Shown: positions 12,387 through 24,574 of the stretch, piece after piece | Position numbering within the stretch: the first letter of the stretch is position 1 | How the letters are laid out: each line of letters opens with the position of its first letter | Source: Biomphalaria pfeifferi | Lineage: Eukaryota | Assembly: GCA_030265305.1 (NCBI GenBank) | Contig: JASAOG010000079.1 | Coordinates: 365,331 to 429,330 of the forward strand | Reading direction: 5' to 3' | Length of the DNA stretch: 64,000 nucleotides | The notes under the pieces: generated by a model | Database searches by the model: none | What the model was told of the DNA's origin: nothing | The model's input: only the letters and a program-made list of their open reading frames with translations | Translations under genes and position numbers: made by a program

Positions 12387-12496
12387 GACACAGATGCTGA
12401 GATCTCCAATGACTTGGGAAGCCTAAATCTGAGCATGTTAAGGCAAAGTGAGCGATGGAGTCACACAGACATTCACAGTCTCCGCCCTTGTCACAC
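12387..12496 (-). CDS. mucin/VWF-like gene exon (C8 domain)
   Basis: Acceptor ttttaccag and donor gtaggt. Encodes CDKGGDCECLCDSIAHFALTCSDLGFPSHWRSQHLC. Confidence 0.85.
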
Positions 12497-13189
12497 CTGG
12501 TAAAAAGAGGTTTTACCAAACCAAAAAGTATCAGCCAAGAAAGCAAGAAGAAACAAATATTTTAGGAACAGAACATTTATTTAATTATTTGTATCATTTA
12601 ATTCTGTATTGTGTATTAAAAAGAATTGTGATAATTTATTACATATTAAGTATTTGTTTATCTCTGGTTTACTGACTTGCTTTTGCAATCACTAGTTTAA
12701 AACTGCCTCGCTGAAACTCAAAATCTACGAGTTTTCGTTGTTTTTCCTTATACATCCTTCTTACAAAAACAATGTAAAAGAGGCAACTCAGCAACGAATG
12801 ATGGAAGAGGCTTCAGACATTGCCAGTTATGGAGACAACTTGCCGCCCAATGTACCGAACAGCGCGGGAAAATCTAAGTCTAAATGGGATGAATATTACT
12901 TGTGATAGAGGATGAGACGCTTACAATAAATAAGTCCGTGTTGCTTCTCAAGTCTTGTAGCTCTGGCGGCATTCTGGCCTAAAGGATTCAATCGTGCCAT
13001 CTCCTGTCTTTACTTCCTACAGGCTTCCCTATATGGACACTAACGCGTGTTGTCTTAAGGACGTTGGTCTAAAAAAACAAACAGGAATGTCTTCCACTTC
13101 CAGGAAATACTCTTCCACAATTGCAAAGACAATTTCTTGACCAGACAACCCACACCGTTGCAGTACTATAGAATCTTCTTCTTATCTTC

Positions 13190-13990
13190 TTATATAATAC
13201 AGATGTTACTTCAAAAAAGAAGATGCTTACGTCCTACGCATCATGCATTTAGTCATGCATATTAACCAATGACTTAAATTCTGCCAAGTCACTGGTTTTC
13301 CTGGCTAGCTCAGGCAACCCATACCATGCTCTAATAGCACTAGGGAAGAAGGAGTATTTGTACAAATTGTCCTAGCATATGGGACGAGGAATATGCCTTT
13401 ATTTTTGTGTCTTTCTGAGTATTTGATTAAATTTTGTTTTTGTATTTGAAGTTATGGTTCAGTGTTTTATGTATAATTGCTACTTTACTTTTGAGTCTTC
13501 TGCCCTGAAGGCTTTCTAAAATTTAGTGATTTTACTAAGGGTGTTACTCTAGTCAAATGTGAATATTCATTTGTTATGAATCTCACTGCTCTATTTTGTG
13601 TATTTTCCAGTTTCTTAATGTTTTCTTGAGTTGAGGGGTCCCAAACGGAGGATGCATATTCTATTATTGGCCTAACCAAGGTTAAATGACATTGTAGTTT
13701 TATGTTCTTATTTGATTTATAGAAATTTCTTTTAATAAATCCTAATGCTTTGTTTCATTTTTTTTTTATAGTTTCATCAATATGTGGATTCCATGACAGT
13801 TTTTCATTTATTATAACACCTGGGTATTGTGCGTTTTATAGTCTGTGTTACTGGTTTGCCATGGATAAGATAAGTGGAATTAATTTGTTTTGAATGTAAT
13901 TACCCGCTAGAAAACGATTTATTTGTAGAACAAGTGGTTGTGTGTTTTAAAAAAATGATCGGACAAAACTGTAGGCTTGTAATCCAATTG
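13190..13990 (-). mobile_element. LINE family Y 5'-truncated copy (minus)
   Basis: Reverse complement of the conserved 3' UTR at 13200-13265. Minus ORF 13485-13679 encodes MVRPIIEYASSVWDPSTQENIKKLENTQNRAVRFITNEYSHLTRVTP. Confidence 0.75.
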
Positions 13991-14394
13991 TGAATTCCTT
14001 TATTGTCTTATTGTTTGCTGATGTGATGACTCTAAACTACAAAACACGAAGTTGAATCTTAATAGTAGCATGGGAAAAGGGATATAACTCATAAAAAAGT
14101 AATTTATTATTACAGTGAATTGTCTTCCCAAAAAGAACACAACATAAACATGTGGGGAAATTTCTTAGGCAAACAAAATAACACTTCCTGCAACAACACT
14201 TCCGTACGCCCAGGCTGATAGTTTTGTTATTGACTGCTCTAATGTATCCTATACGAAATATTATTGTAGTCTTTTCACTAGTAGAAACAAGCATTCTGGG
14301 TAGACCTGTTCATTAACATTTGGTTAAATTGACTATTGTCTAGTGAACTGATATATGCTGCCTTGTAAATAAGTAAAATTATGTTTATTCTTGT

Positions 14395-14760
14395 TTTCCT
14401 TGTCATGCTTTGTTTCCTGTTGTAATGTCATGCTTTGTTGCCTGTTCTAATGTCATACTTTGTTTCCTGTTCTAATGTCATGCTTTGTTTCCTGTTCTAA
14501 TGCCATGCTTTGTTTGCTGTTGTAATGCCATGCTTTGTTTCCTGTTCTAATGCCATGCTTTATTACCAGTTGTAATGTCATGCTTGGTTTCCTGTTGTAA
14601 TGTCATGCTTTGTTTTCTGTTCTAATGCCATGCTTTGTTTCCTGTTGTAATGTCATGCTTTGTTTCCTGTTCTAATGCCATGCTTTGTTTCCTGTTGTAA
14701 TGTCATGCTTTGTTTCCTGTTGTAATGTCATGCTTTGTTTCCTGTTCTAATGCCATGCTA
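14395..14760. repeat. 25-bp tandem repeat (tgtcatgctttgtttcctgttgtaa)n, ~14 copies
   Basis: Directly visible. Confidence 0.9.
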
Positions 14761-15030
14761 CCTATGATGGGGCTCGAGGTCGACTCGATCAGAGTTGTGT
14801 TTTTTGAGCTGCCTAAAAGCAGCACGGTAAACCTTCTCCCAAGTACGCCCAATAATGAAAGCATGAAAGTAGCGCTATCAAAAAGATAAAATTTATTTAT
14901 TTTAATGTCTTGTTTGTTTGTTTTTTCTTTCATGGTTATTTTTTTTGTCTTGAACCATATCGTCTGCCATATCAAAGAATCTTAAGTATCGAGGTAGTCG
15001 GAAATATAGAGTCGTATAAATAAATCTCAC

Positions 15031-15170
15031 GTGCAGGCGTTCTCCTCACAGTCACTGACAAATCTTTTGATGTTAGACTCTGGCATCATTTGTCTACATC
15101 CCTGGAACATCTCGGAGGTCGCGATGACACTACACAGTTCTTTGGCCCAAGCTGAGCGATGAGGATGTTT
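15031..15170 (-). CDS. mucin/VWF-like gene exon (C8 domain start)
   Basis: Acceptor ttttccag and donor gtgaga. Encodes KHPHRSAWAKELCSVIATSEMFQGCRQMMPESNIKRFVSDCEENAC. Its 2-nt end plus 1 nt of the next exon gives CEENACTCDKGGDCEC. Confidence 0.85.
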
Positions 15171-15289
15171 CTGGAAAAATAAAACATAACAAAACTAGAC
15201 CATAGTCGAATTCTTTTGGTCCAAATTTCTTTGAATTCATTTTATTAATCGCTTTTATAAAGCGCCACTTTCATGCTTATATCATGCTC

Positions 15290-15372
15290 ATAGCGATATT
15301 GTCCAATTTCTTTCATATTGTCCAATTTCTTTCATATTGTCCAATTTCTTTCATATTGTCCAATTTCTTTCA
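15290..15372. repeat. 21-bp tandem repeat (tattgtccaatttctttcata)n x4
   Basis: Directly visible. Confidence 0.9.
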
Positions 15373-15379
15373 TGGGCCA

Positions 15380-15850
15380 GTGCCTTTAGGTGCACAGTAA
15401 ACACTACTCTACTCGAGTCGGGTGTCGAACTAAAGCCCCCTTGATAGGTAGCCAAGTGGTTTTATCCTCTCAGTCACACTGTCATGGAGTGTGTGTGTGT
15501 GTTTTCTATGGTGACGGTGGGAAGAGGTTAGCGATTGGTTGTGACTGCTGCAACAAAGGTGGCATTGTCGTCACTTGGTCTTATAACAGACGACTTCAGA
15601 ACGTGAGACTAAATGGTTGTGTTATTGTAGTGAGTGACATTTTGTTAAAAGATATTATTACTAAAGTATTTTATATTTATTTTATGTTATATCAACTTGA
15701 TTTTGTCTATATCATAAATAAAGTTATATCGGTATTTAGCATTGTTCACAAGTAAGTTATTCAAGTTATTTGACGTTTTATTAGTTAAAATATAATACGC
15801 CTAGAGCGGTTTAATTGTCTACCAGCAATTTGGTGCTACAAGTCAACGAC
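15380..15850. repeat. Unclassified interspersed repeat, copy 2; includes (GT)n and (CA)n runs
   Basis: See 9480-9840. (GT)7 at 15489 and (CA)8 at 15862. Confidence 0.45.
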
Positions 15851-17589
15851 CGGTAACAATACACACACACACACACACATCTAAAAAGCTAAAAATTATT
15901 TGCAAAATATAATTTCATTTTTATTGATGTTTACTTTTCGGTTATTAAGCTCAATAATTGAAACACACATAGTTTAATAAGTTATAAATAGTTTATAGAT
16001 AGTGTAATTCAATCAAAGTCGTTAGAATAGATTATTGTCCAAATAAAATGGTCCGCTTTGATAGAATAGATTGCATTTGAAAGCTAATGCTAAGGGCAGT
16101 GCATAGAATTATTTGCAAATGGTTCAGTGAGCAGAAATAAATCGGAGAAGAATTTTATTGTAACACAACTATCCTGGAGAGATAAGATTAGCCACAATTC
16201 TTATGGGCATTAAATACATCAGAGATTCTTCTGTTCACAGTGCCTCTAATAGGTGTTGCCTTAAGGGTTGGATCGCTGGCGCCCCCAGGAACATCAATGA
16301 GATACTCTGCACACACACACGCGAAACCGGCTTGTGCATAAAATTTAGTTTGTTGTATCCGTATCACTCTAATGCTCCAAATTGTGTACATAAGAAACAA
16401 CTCGTCACACACAGCAAATTACAACCTCCAACCTCAGCCCTCACTAACTCCAAATGTGTTACTTCAATCAAAATTCATTTCCTCCCCTTACTATTCCAGT
16501 GAATATGTTGTTCAGGATCTCATTCCCCTATGGATACCCATGGTCAACCTCTCAATAACTCGGGTAAAGTAAAGTCATACCTTTATAATAACAGTGTTTG
16601 TGACACACGAATTCTTGTTGTTTTTTTCTCTCTGTTATTTTAATATTCATTTCGTTTCATCGTCTAAGAGCTGAGCCGAAGGCTCTTCGAGCTTTTTAGT
16701 TTGAAGAAAACACTGTTTGAGCGTCAAACAGTAAAAAAAAAACAGTCTGAACCGCCGTTCTCTCTGGAAGAGACCCAAGTCAATGCCTTTATAAAGCATT
16801 GCTATTTCCGACAAAACTGGCCTCCAGACGCATGGGCTAGACATGGCCAAAGGACAGAGTTTACGGGAGCCTCCGCCATTTTCCTATGTTATACTAAGCT
16901 CACAGTGGAGGGAAATCGCCATTAATGGAACGGTGCCTTGAGGAACGGCGCATGGATTATCGACAGGGTTGTGAGAGATCTCTTTCAACTCCGTGCGTGC
17001 AATGGGCCCGCTCTCGCGTACCCTTGGACACTCCCGCGGGAGTTTTGTTTTGCCATTCATTTAGCCTAGTTACCCCCTCAAGTAACCGTTTCCACACGGG
17101 CGCCACTTTGAGGCAGAATAGCATGCCTGTGAATATTAATTCCAAAATACACAATCGTTCCTGGTATTACCTGACTAACATATTTCTGACATTTTTTCAT
17201 TGATATCTGGCGCGGATTTTGGATTATACACTTTATACAACCAAACAGGTCATCAAGGGTGTATTCAATAGGGCTTCATCTGTGATTCCTTTGTGATATC
17301 CCCCGAGCAGATATTTGTAAATGTTAACGCAGGAGTTTCCCAGGTCAGTTTCCAATTGTCCGGAGGATTTCAGCTCTCGTCTCCTCAGCGTAGTGCCTCC
17401 AGTAGAAACGTCTAGAAGTACAACTAGATAGGCTAAGAACGAGAGCTAACAAGACCTCTTGTGGGCTACATTGGGTTAGCTTTTTTATTTATCTCATCGT
17501 GGGGATGGAACAAATAGGCCGGTAACCTAGTCCAAAAAGTTATTTATGTATCGACATATTACGTCATGCTGAAATATTGAGTGAAATAC

Positions 17590-17795
17590 CTCACAAGACG
17601 GCGTGGTGATGTCATAGTCCGAGTCCGAGCAGATGGCGCCTTCTTCCTTCCAAGACATTCCAAATTCAATAGCATCACTGCCAAGACTGTGATCAGATTT
17701 CAGAAAGTCGTTTTTTGAGTCAAAGTCATAAGTCCCACACAGACCCTCCAGCTTATTGAGCCATTTATCTGAGACTTGAATTTTGGTTAACAGGG
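17590..17795 (-). CDS. mucin/VWF-like gene exon (VWD GLCG..SW region)
   Basis: Acceptor tttgtttctctag and donor gtattt. Encodes LLTKIQVSDKWLNKLEGLCGTYDFDSKNDFLKSDHSLGSDAIEFGMSWKEEGAICSDSDYDITTPSCE. Confidence 0.85.
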
Positions 17796-17892
17796 CTAGA
17801 GAAACAAATGAAAACTTGATGCTACGTAAAAGGTGTCAAAGTTTGAAGTTAGTGTGCAAGGCAATCTGAAGATATGCTTAAGACTTAGTATT

Positions 17893-17896
17893 CCAG

Positions 17897-17936
<40 letters not shown>
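17893..17936. repeat. (AT)22 microsatellite
   Basis: Directly visible. Confidence 0.95.
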
Positions 17937-17940
<4 letters not shown>

Positions 17941-19472
17941 GTATATACAAATTAACAGCATCTCTAGTTTGATTTGGTTATCTAGATTTATGTTGTTTTT
18001 TTAATCTCCAACCCAGCTTCTCATTATGTAAAATTGTTAAGTTTATCCCAGACAAGATGAAATATTTTCCCCAAATCAACAATACCACAGAGGCTGAAAA
18101 CAAGAACACAAAAATAGTCTGAATCTAAAATCTGTTGTTTGTTGTGTATGAAGCTGCCGAGCTATAGGGCACCGATATGGAGTGTGCGTATGGAAGATGT
18201 GTTATTGGTGTGTTATTTGTACAATTATCAATGCAATGTTAATTAAACCACCATGATTCATTGATTGGTATACATTGAAATTTCTTGTTAATTTGCAATT
18301 AGGTTATTATTAAATATTGTTCGTGTTGAAACAATTGTTGTGTTTTCACTAACTGTTCAGTTGAATGACATTTATTCGATGCTAAGTTATGTAGTTTTAT
18401 ACGCTATTACTGTATGGGTTTTCGCTTTATACTGTTGAGGTGGGGAACCCGGGAAATCAATGAAATTCTGTCCACCCCTAGATAAACAAACTGTAAACCT
18501 AACTGACAACGGCGAGGCAGGATATAAAACTATGTAAGATTATTACAATTTTTTTTTTATATATTTCAATGGTTTGTTTTATATATCCATATGTAGCTAT
18601 TTCTATATCGTTTATAGCTCTGTAGAATTGGTTTTGAAAAAAAAATTGAAATAAGACTCAACAAAAACATTTTTTTAAAAGTGACCTAGAATAAAGATAG
18701 GTCATAAGACCAGTGACCTGTACTGTACTGGCAAGTTAGTCCAGTGGTACTTGGTGGTCCCAATTATATTATCTAGGCTAATAACTGTAGCCTCTAGATG
18801 TACAAAACTACTGAGACAGACAAGTAATAAGTTTGAGATTTCAGTTGCAACACAAAAAAAAGGAGTTTATTTACAAACAAAAGAAACAGATCATGAAAAA
18901 TATAAATGGCAATAAAGGCTCACAAAAGAATATGACATAATGAAACAAAGCAAAGTAGCAAGACAGTTTCCAGTCAATATAATTAAAGAACCATCATTAT
19001 AGAGGCACAATAATGTCTTATGCCAAAAAACCAAAAAGATGGTTTACAATAATATAATATACATGCATAAACAATGAAATGACGTCATTCATGAGACACA
19101 CTACTGTTTCGTATCTAAACAAAAGATGTCTTTAAAAAAAACATACAGGAGAGGATAAGAGACTAAGTGGCAATTGTAAACAGTTAACAGGGACTTAAAT
19201 CAAGTAATAAAGGGGACTAACTCTAATAAACAAAATAAAGGTAGCCACCATTATTGTCCCTCTTGTCACAGTCAAGTTAAAGAGAAATCCAGTGTGCTCA
19301 ATACTGATAGTTTTTATATTCAAATGCGATTAACGTTATATGATTTTGTCAGTTATGTGCGAGTGTGTGTTTGGCTTATTTCTGCATGTAATACGTGTAT
19401 GTTGTGTGTTATCTGGTGTGTTGTGTGTGTGTGTATTAGTCAAATATTGAGAGTGATCAACCCAATGCTTAC

Positions 19473-19704
19473 CTCCAGACCAGTACAACGCTATCTCCTG
19501 GAAACTGACCACTGTGTGAAGAGTAGACGAGAATATGTGGACATCTCCGAGTCTCAGAGAGTCATTTAAGGCCAGAACAGTGTTGCCTGTAATGATCCCC
19601 TCGATCCCTTTAATCAGCTGGACATGAGTGTCTCCAACATGGATATCAATCTTATGGGAACAAGCGATCCCTGAGGATCCACACGCCAGGTTTTTTATGC
19701 TGAC
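19473..19704 (-). CDS. mucin/VWF-like gene exon (VWD core)
   Basis: Acceptor tttgtag and donor gtaag. Encodes VSIKNLACGSSGIACSHKIDIHVGDTHVQLIKGIEGIITGNTVLALNDSLRLGDVHIFSSTLHTVVSFQEIALYWSG. Confidence 0.85.
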
Positions 19705-19779
19705 CTACAAACATGTACATTTAGACAACAGTAATCATTTATTAACCAGAGATTCTAACATTACAAATATATGCATATG

Positions 19780-19862
19780 CCATGCATGACTAAATGCATG
19801 TATTACGCTTTCGACGTAATCATATTCTTTTTTGAAGTAACGTCTGTATTATATAAGATATA
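19780..19862 (+). mobile_element. LINE family Y 3'-terminal fragment
   Basis: catgcatgactaaatgcatgtattacgctttcgacgtaatcat..ttgaagtaacgtctgtattatataaga. Confidence 0.6.
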
Positions 19863-19985
19863 TCCATATCCAACATTTGCATCACAATACATATGCGGGG
19901 AAATATGCAGGACTCAATTGGGTTTGCGTAGTCATGTGAAACGCATCCTTATTGTCTTTCATGGTTTAAATGAAATAAAGCAAAC

Positions 19986-20101
19986 CTTCACTTCCGGTGT
20001 GCTCGATTTGATGAGTGTGTAAGAACAACGCCCCGGAAAACGGAACATACTTCCGTCAAACGTCACCACTGTCATTGATGTACCAGACAAATAACAGGAG
20101 G
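19986..20101 (-). CDS. mucin/VWF-like gene exon (VWD N-terminus)
   Basis: Acceptor ctcttttcctcag and donor gtttgc. Encodes SCYLSGTSMTVVTFDGSMFRFPGRCSYTLIKSSTPEVK. Confidence 0.8.
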
Positions 20102-20394
20102 CTGAGGAAAAGAGGGATATCGTATGAATTCAACCCCATACATTGGACAAACTGGTTGGATTAATAATTAATAAATAATACGTACTGGCCTTTGCTCTAG
20201 AAAAAGTTAATTTAGGATTTATTATGTGTGCCTACATTTTCCAATGCTATCTTTATATCCTATAATTCTCATTTAAAATTTTTACACATCATAAAGCTTA
20301 ATTTAATAATTAAATCTGGTGCATAAACCAGAAAAAAATGTGCATGAGGGGATGGGTAGCATAGGTAGGTTAGAAGAAGATAAATATCTGAATC

Positions 20395-20560
20395 CAAACC
20401 CCCGCTGCGATGCGGCTATACCCAAACATGGGAAAGGCTACAGGAGCCAATCCTGAGGAGCTACACTCTGTCAGACTGTTGATCCCAAACTGTATCTGCC
20501 GTTCCCTTGCAGCCAGCAAGAGAGAATTGGGGGGGGGGGGGGGGGGGGGGGAAGGAATTC
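20395..20560. repeat. Family Z copy ending in a 25-nt poly-G tract
   Basis: Homology to 2876-3060. G25 at 20528-20552. Confidence 0.45.
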
Positions 20561-20989
20561 TGTAAGGGAGATAACTTTCCAACTTTAGCTAATGCCCCGT
20601 ATCTCCATTTGCTCTAAGAGATGACACACAGTTGCTATAACGAGACCAATGACGCCCCGATGGTCTTCCATTAAGGCCATAAAATATATGCGTTTTGTTT
20701 TGTCCCCGGGACAGACTACAATTGACTGCTATAATCATTCATTTCATTTTTCAGACCAAAACATTTCCCTTATGTTTACCTACTACAGAGACAATTCATA
20801 ATAGAGGGTCTTCATATTCAGCCTGAATAAAAAATGCATTACATAGTAATTTTTGTGTTTTCTTTGAAATAAAAATAAATAAAAAAAAAAAAGAGGCATG
20901 ATCCCAAAAAAGAGGTGAAAGAAATACCAAAAAAAAAAGAGGGCCCAGGGCCCAAGGATTCAATGATGAAAATGAATAGCACAAATGAT

Positions 20990-21150
20990 GAGGTTTCCTT
21001 AATAAATTAAAAAAAGCGTCATTTTGCTAGGACAAATTTATACAAATACTCCATCTTCTATAGTACTACTAGAGCATGGACTGGGTTGGCTGAGCCAGCC
21101 AGGAAAACCAATGACTGCCAGAATTTAAGTCATTGGTTAGCATGCATGAC
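20990..21150 (+). mobile_element. LINE family Y 3' fragment (divergent)
   Basis: gctaggacaaatttatacaaatactcc...ccaggaaaaccaatgactgccagaatttaagtcattggttagcatgcatgac. Confidence 0.6.
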
Positions 21151-21175
21151 TAGATTGACTGACTGTATTTTATAA

Positions 21176-22445
21176 GATAAGAAATTTCCTTACATTGTCA
21201 TGTTAACCTAAACCTAACTAAAAAGTTCCTTACATCGTCATGTTGACCTAAACTTAACTAAAAGTTCCTTACATCGTCATGTTGACCTAAACATAACTAA
21301 AAAGTTCCTTACATCGTCATGTTGACCTAAACTTAATTAAAAAGTTCCTTACATCGTCATTTTGACCTAAACTTAACTAAAATTTCCTTACATCGTCATG
21401 TTGACCTAAACCTAACTAAAAAGTTCCTTACATCGTCATGTTGACTTAAACTTAACTAAAAGTTCCTTACATCGTCATGTTGACCTAAACCTAACTAAAA
21501 AGTTCATTACATCGTCATGTTGACCTAAACTTAACTAAAAAGTTCCTAACATCGTCATGTTGACCTAAACTTAACTAAAAAGTTCCTTACATCGTCATGT
21601 TGACCTAAACTTAACTAAAAAGTTCCTTACATCGTCATGTTGACCTAAGCTTAACTAAAAGTTCCTTACATACATCGTCATGTTGACCTAAACCTAACTA
21701 AAAAGTTCCTTACATCGTCATGTTGACCTAAACTTAACTAAAAAGTACCTTATATCGTCATGTTGACCTAACCTTAACTAAAAGTTCCTTACATCGTCAT
21801 GTTGACCTAAACCTTACTAAAAAGTTCCTTACATCGTCATGTTGACCTAAACTTAAATAAAAGTTCCTTACATCGTCATGTTGACCTAAACTTAACTAAA
21901 AGTTCCTTACATCGTCATGTTGACCTAAACCTAACTAAAAAGTTCATTACATCGTCATGTTGACCTAAACTTAACTAAAAAGTTCCTAACATCGTCATGT
22001 TGACCTAAACTTAACTAAAAAGTTCCTTACATCGTCATGTTGACCTAAACTTAACTAAAAAGTTCCTTACATACATCGTCATGTTGACCTAAACCTAACT
22101 AAAAAGTTCCTTACATCGTCATGTTGACCTAAACTTAACTAAAAAGTACCTTATATCGTCATGTTGACCTAACCTTAACTAAAAGTTCCTTACATCGTCA
22201 TGTTGACCTAAACCTTACTAAAAAGTTCCTTACATCGTCATGTTGACCTAAACTTAAATAAAAGTTTCTTACATCGTCATGTTGACCTAAACTTTAAAAA
22301 AAAATTCCTTACATCGTCATGTTGACCTAAACTTAAATAAAAGTTTCTTACATCGTCATGTTGACCTAAACCTTAAAAAAAATTCCTTACATCGTCATGT
22401 TGACCTAAACTTAACTAAGAAGATCCTTACATCGTCATGTTGACC
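21176..22445. repeat. 40-bp satellite (aagttccttacatcgtcatgttgacctaaacttaactaaa)n, ~31 copies
   Basis: Directly visible tandem array with point variants. Confidence 0.95.
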
Positions 22446-22574
22446 TACCATGAAAGTCAATTCTTTTTATTTTCCGCCACACGCTATTGTCACACTTCCT
22501 GAAAGACAAACAGAATGTACACATGGATGTCATATTCAAAGATCTCTAAACCTAGTCAATTGAACTGTAACTTA

Positions 22575-22805
22575 AAAAATAAAGAGTAAATTTCCCCTTT
22601 CAGACCTTGCGACTATGGGGCAGTTAATTAACGTTTAACGATGGTGTCATGTGGCCAGCACAACCACCAACCGCCAACTTTTGTCAGGTACCAGTTAGAA
22701 TTCAAAGGCGCCGTAGAAATCCCAGCCTTCACAACGACTCGAACCCGGGACCCCTGGGTTCGCAAGCCAAGTGCTTTATCACTCAACCATCGCGACTCCT
22801 AACTT
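22575..22805 (-). mobile_element. SINE family A copy (minus)
   Basis: Reverse complement gives tRNA-like head ggagtcgcgatggttgagtgataaagcacttggcttgcgaacc..gggttcgagtc and the conserved body ending gtcgcaaggtctgaaagg. Confidence 0.75.
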
Positions 22806-23045
22806 TACCATAGGTTTCTAAAAAGCAGGTCCAACAAATAAAAAAATAAATATTTATCTGACAATGATAAACACAAAGTTAATAAGTTTAGTTTACTAAT
22901 CAACATTTATCAACACATCAACAGCGTAAGAATGTGTTCACGAAATGTGAGATGTGTATTGCAGTGTATTTAAGCCAACTTTGCGGACATGGCTTTCAAC
23001 TCTGTTGTGTTACTATATTTATAACACACCTAAAAACACTCACAC

Positions 23046-23138
23046 TATGTCAAACTGGATTGTTATCTCAGAGTTGTTCGGATACCAGATGTCATTATAG
23101 AAGCACGGGCAAGTGCCGATTCGGGTACACTGACCATC
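23046..23138 (-). CDS. mucin/VWF-like gene exon (TIL end CPC + E start)
   Basis: Acceptor ctatttcag and donor gtgtgagt. Encodes DGQCTRIGTCPCFYNDIWYPNNSEITIQFDI. At least one unresolved exon lies between here and 20101. Confidence 0.6.
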
Positions 23139-23418
23139 CTGAAATAGATGTATGATTCTTTCATAAATAAGTAACTGATTTCGGAAATACATATCAAAAG
23201 AGAAATATATTTGTATTGCAGACAACTATTGGTCATATCTGCTTTGATGAAAAACTAGTCAGCTGCTACTGAATTGTTTTAGAACTAAATATAAGTTCTC
23301 TGAAATAAATATTTTTAATAAAAAAAAATGTTTTAGTGCTTTTTTAAAATTAAAATAAAACCCATAATTTCTCTTTTGTTTCGTTCAAAAAGTTATTGAG
23401 AGAAAATAAACAACTTAC

Positions 23419-23620
23419 AAAAGTCTCAGCAAATCCATCCTGGCAAACGCAGTCCCGTATATCGTCTGCACAAGTCATTATAGTATTAAATTTGTCGGGA
23501 CACTTGTACCTGGCACACATATCGTTTTGACGTTTGATTTTTGTGTACGCCACTTGGTTTTTCGGGCAGACGATTTCAGCACACTTGTCTCGACAACTTA
23601 TTAAAGCATCATCGCATTGG
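23419..23620 (-). CDS. mucin/VWF-like gene exon (E module + TIL-like Cys-rich)
   Basis: Acceptor ttctacag and donor gtaagt. Encodes (C)QCDDALISCRDKCAEIVCPKNQVAYTKIKRQNDMCARYKCPDKFNTIMTCADDIRDCVCQDGFAETF. Confidence 0.8.
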
Positions 23621-23744
23621 CTGTAGAATGAAGTATGTGGTTTTATTAATTCACTGCACAAGACTTATGAAGAGGTTGTTCCATGAAGAAGCAGAATCAT
23701 AGAATCTATTCAAAGTGCACCATAGTTGACGGACTTTGAACGTG

Positions 23745-23915
23745 ACGTGATGGCTGCCTGGTCATGCGGTTTGCTCGCTGGACTGTCGTTCGGATTTATC
23801 GATGGTCGAGGGTTCAAATCCTGCCCGCTCCCATTCCCCGTCGTCCTGCGGGAGGTTTGGACTAGGAAGTAAACTATCTTCAACTCTGAAGGAACATCCG
23901 AAACATGTAAAACAT
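23745..23915 (+). mobile_element. SINE family B copy
   Basis: gatggctgcctggtcatgcggtttgctcgctggactgtcgttcggatttatcgatggtcgagggttcaaatcctgcccgctcccattccccgtcgtcctgcgggaggtttggactaggaagtaaactatcttcaactctgaaggaacatccgaaaca. Confidence 0.7.
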
Positions 23916-24574
23916 TTTACAAAACAAACAAACATTTTACATTAAGTGATGTCACAGACAAGTGGTTTCTATTTTATTAATTTTTTTATTAGTCAGCTGG
24001 TGTTTGGAATTAAAGGGGACAACATCGTAATACGGACAGAGCTTCGACTGTGACCTTTACGTATTATAACTTCACTCAAGTATCTAACAGTCTGGACTTA
24101 GATCTTCGTCTTGTTATTGTGATAATCCAGGCCTTCTTTCTTTAGAACTTTATTAGGCCTAAAGTAAGGAAATTGTTACTTTATTGATTATAAAGCTTAT
24201 ATCAATTGTGACTGTCTGTCTGATATAAAAGTTGTAAAAATTATTTCTCCCACACCCATTCTCAGATCAAGTTGAAACTTTAAGCAAGTATTTATTGTAC
24301 CTAATAAAACATGAATCAATTTTTAAAAAATTATTCAATCAGTCAATAATTGTTGGTAATTAATTACTTTGTTCGAAATAACTTCTACAATATTGAGATA
24401 CATAGTTGTACGTGTGGAGTTCTTCACATTACACAAGCTTTGTTGTTGTTTTACAGTATTTTTATATTTCGTTTATTAATCTTTCATTCTCTATTGGTCA
24501 AGATAAATCTATCTAAAATACTTAATAAAAAGAGAGATTATGTGATGTCCTAATAACTATAACTAATAACTATA

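Noticed and set aside
16188-16502. Overlapping 74-aa and 99-aa ORFs (YLIDVPGGASDPTLKATPIRGTVNRRIS...)
   Set aside because: No splice-site-bounded structure, no recognisable domain and no phase link to neighbouring exons. Possibly a degraded fragment.
22690-22800. tRNA-like sequences (also 46505-46575, 26895-26960, 50620-50725, 63148-63245, 61390-61470)
   Set aside because: Each is the 5' head of a tRNA-derived SINE followed by the conserved SINE body. They are not free-standing tRNA genes with intact cloverleaf plus terminator.
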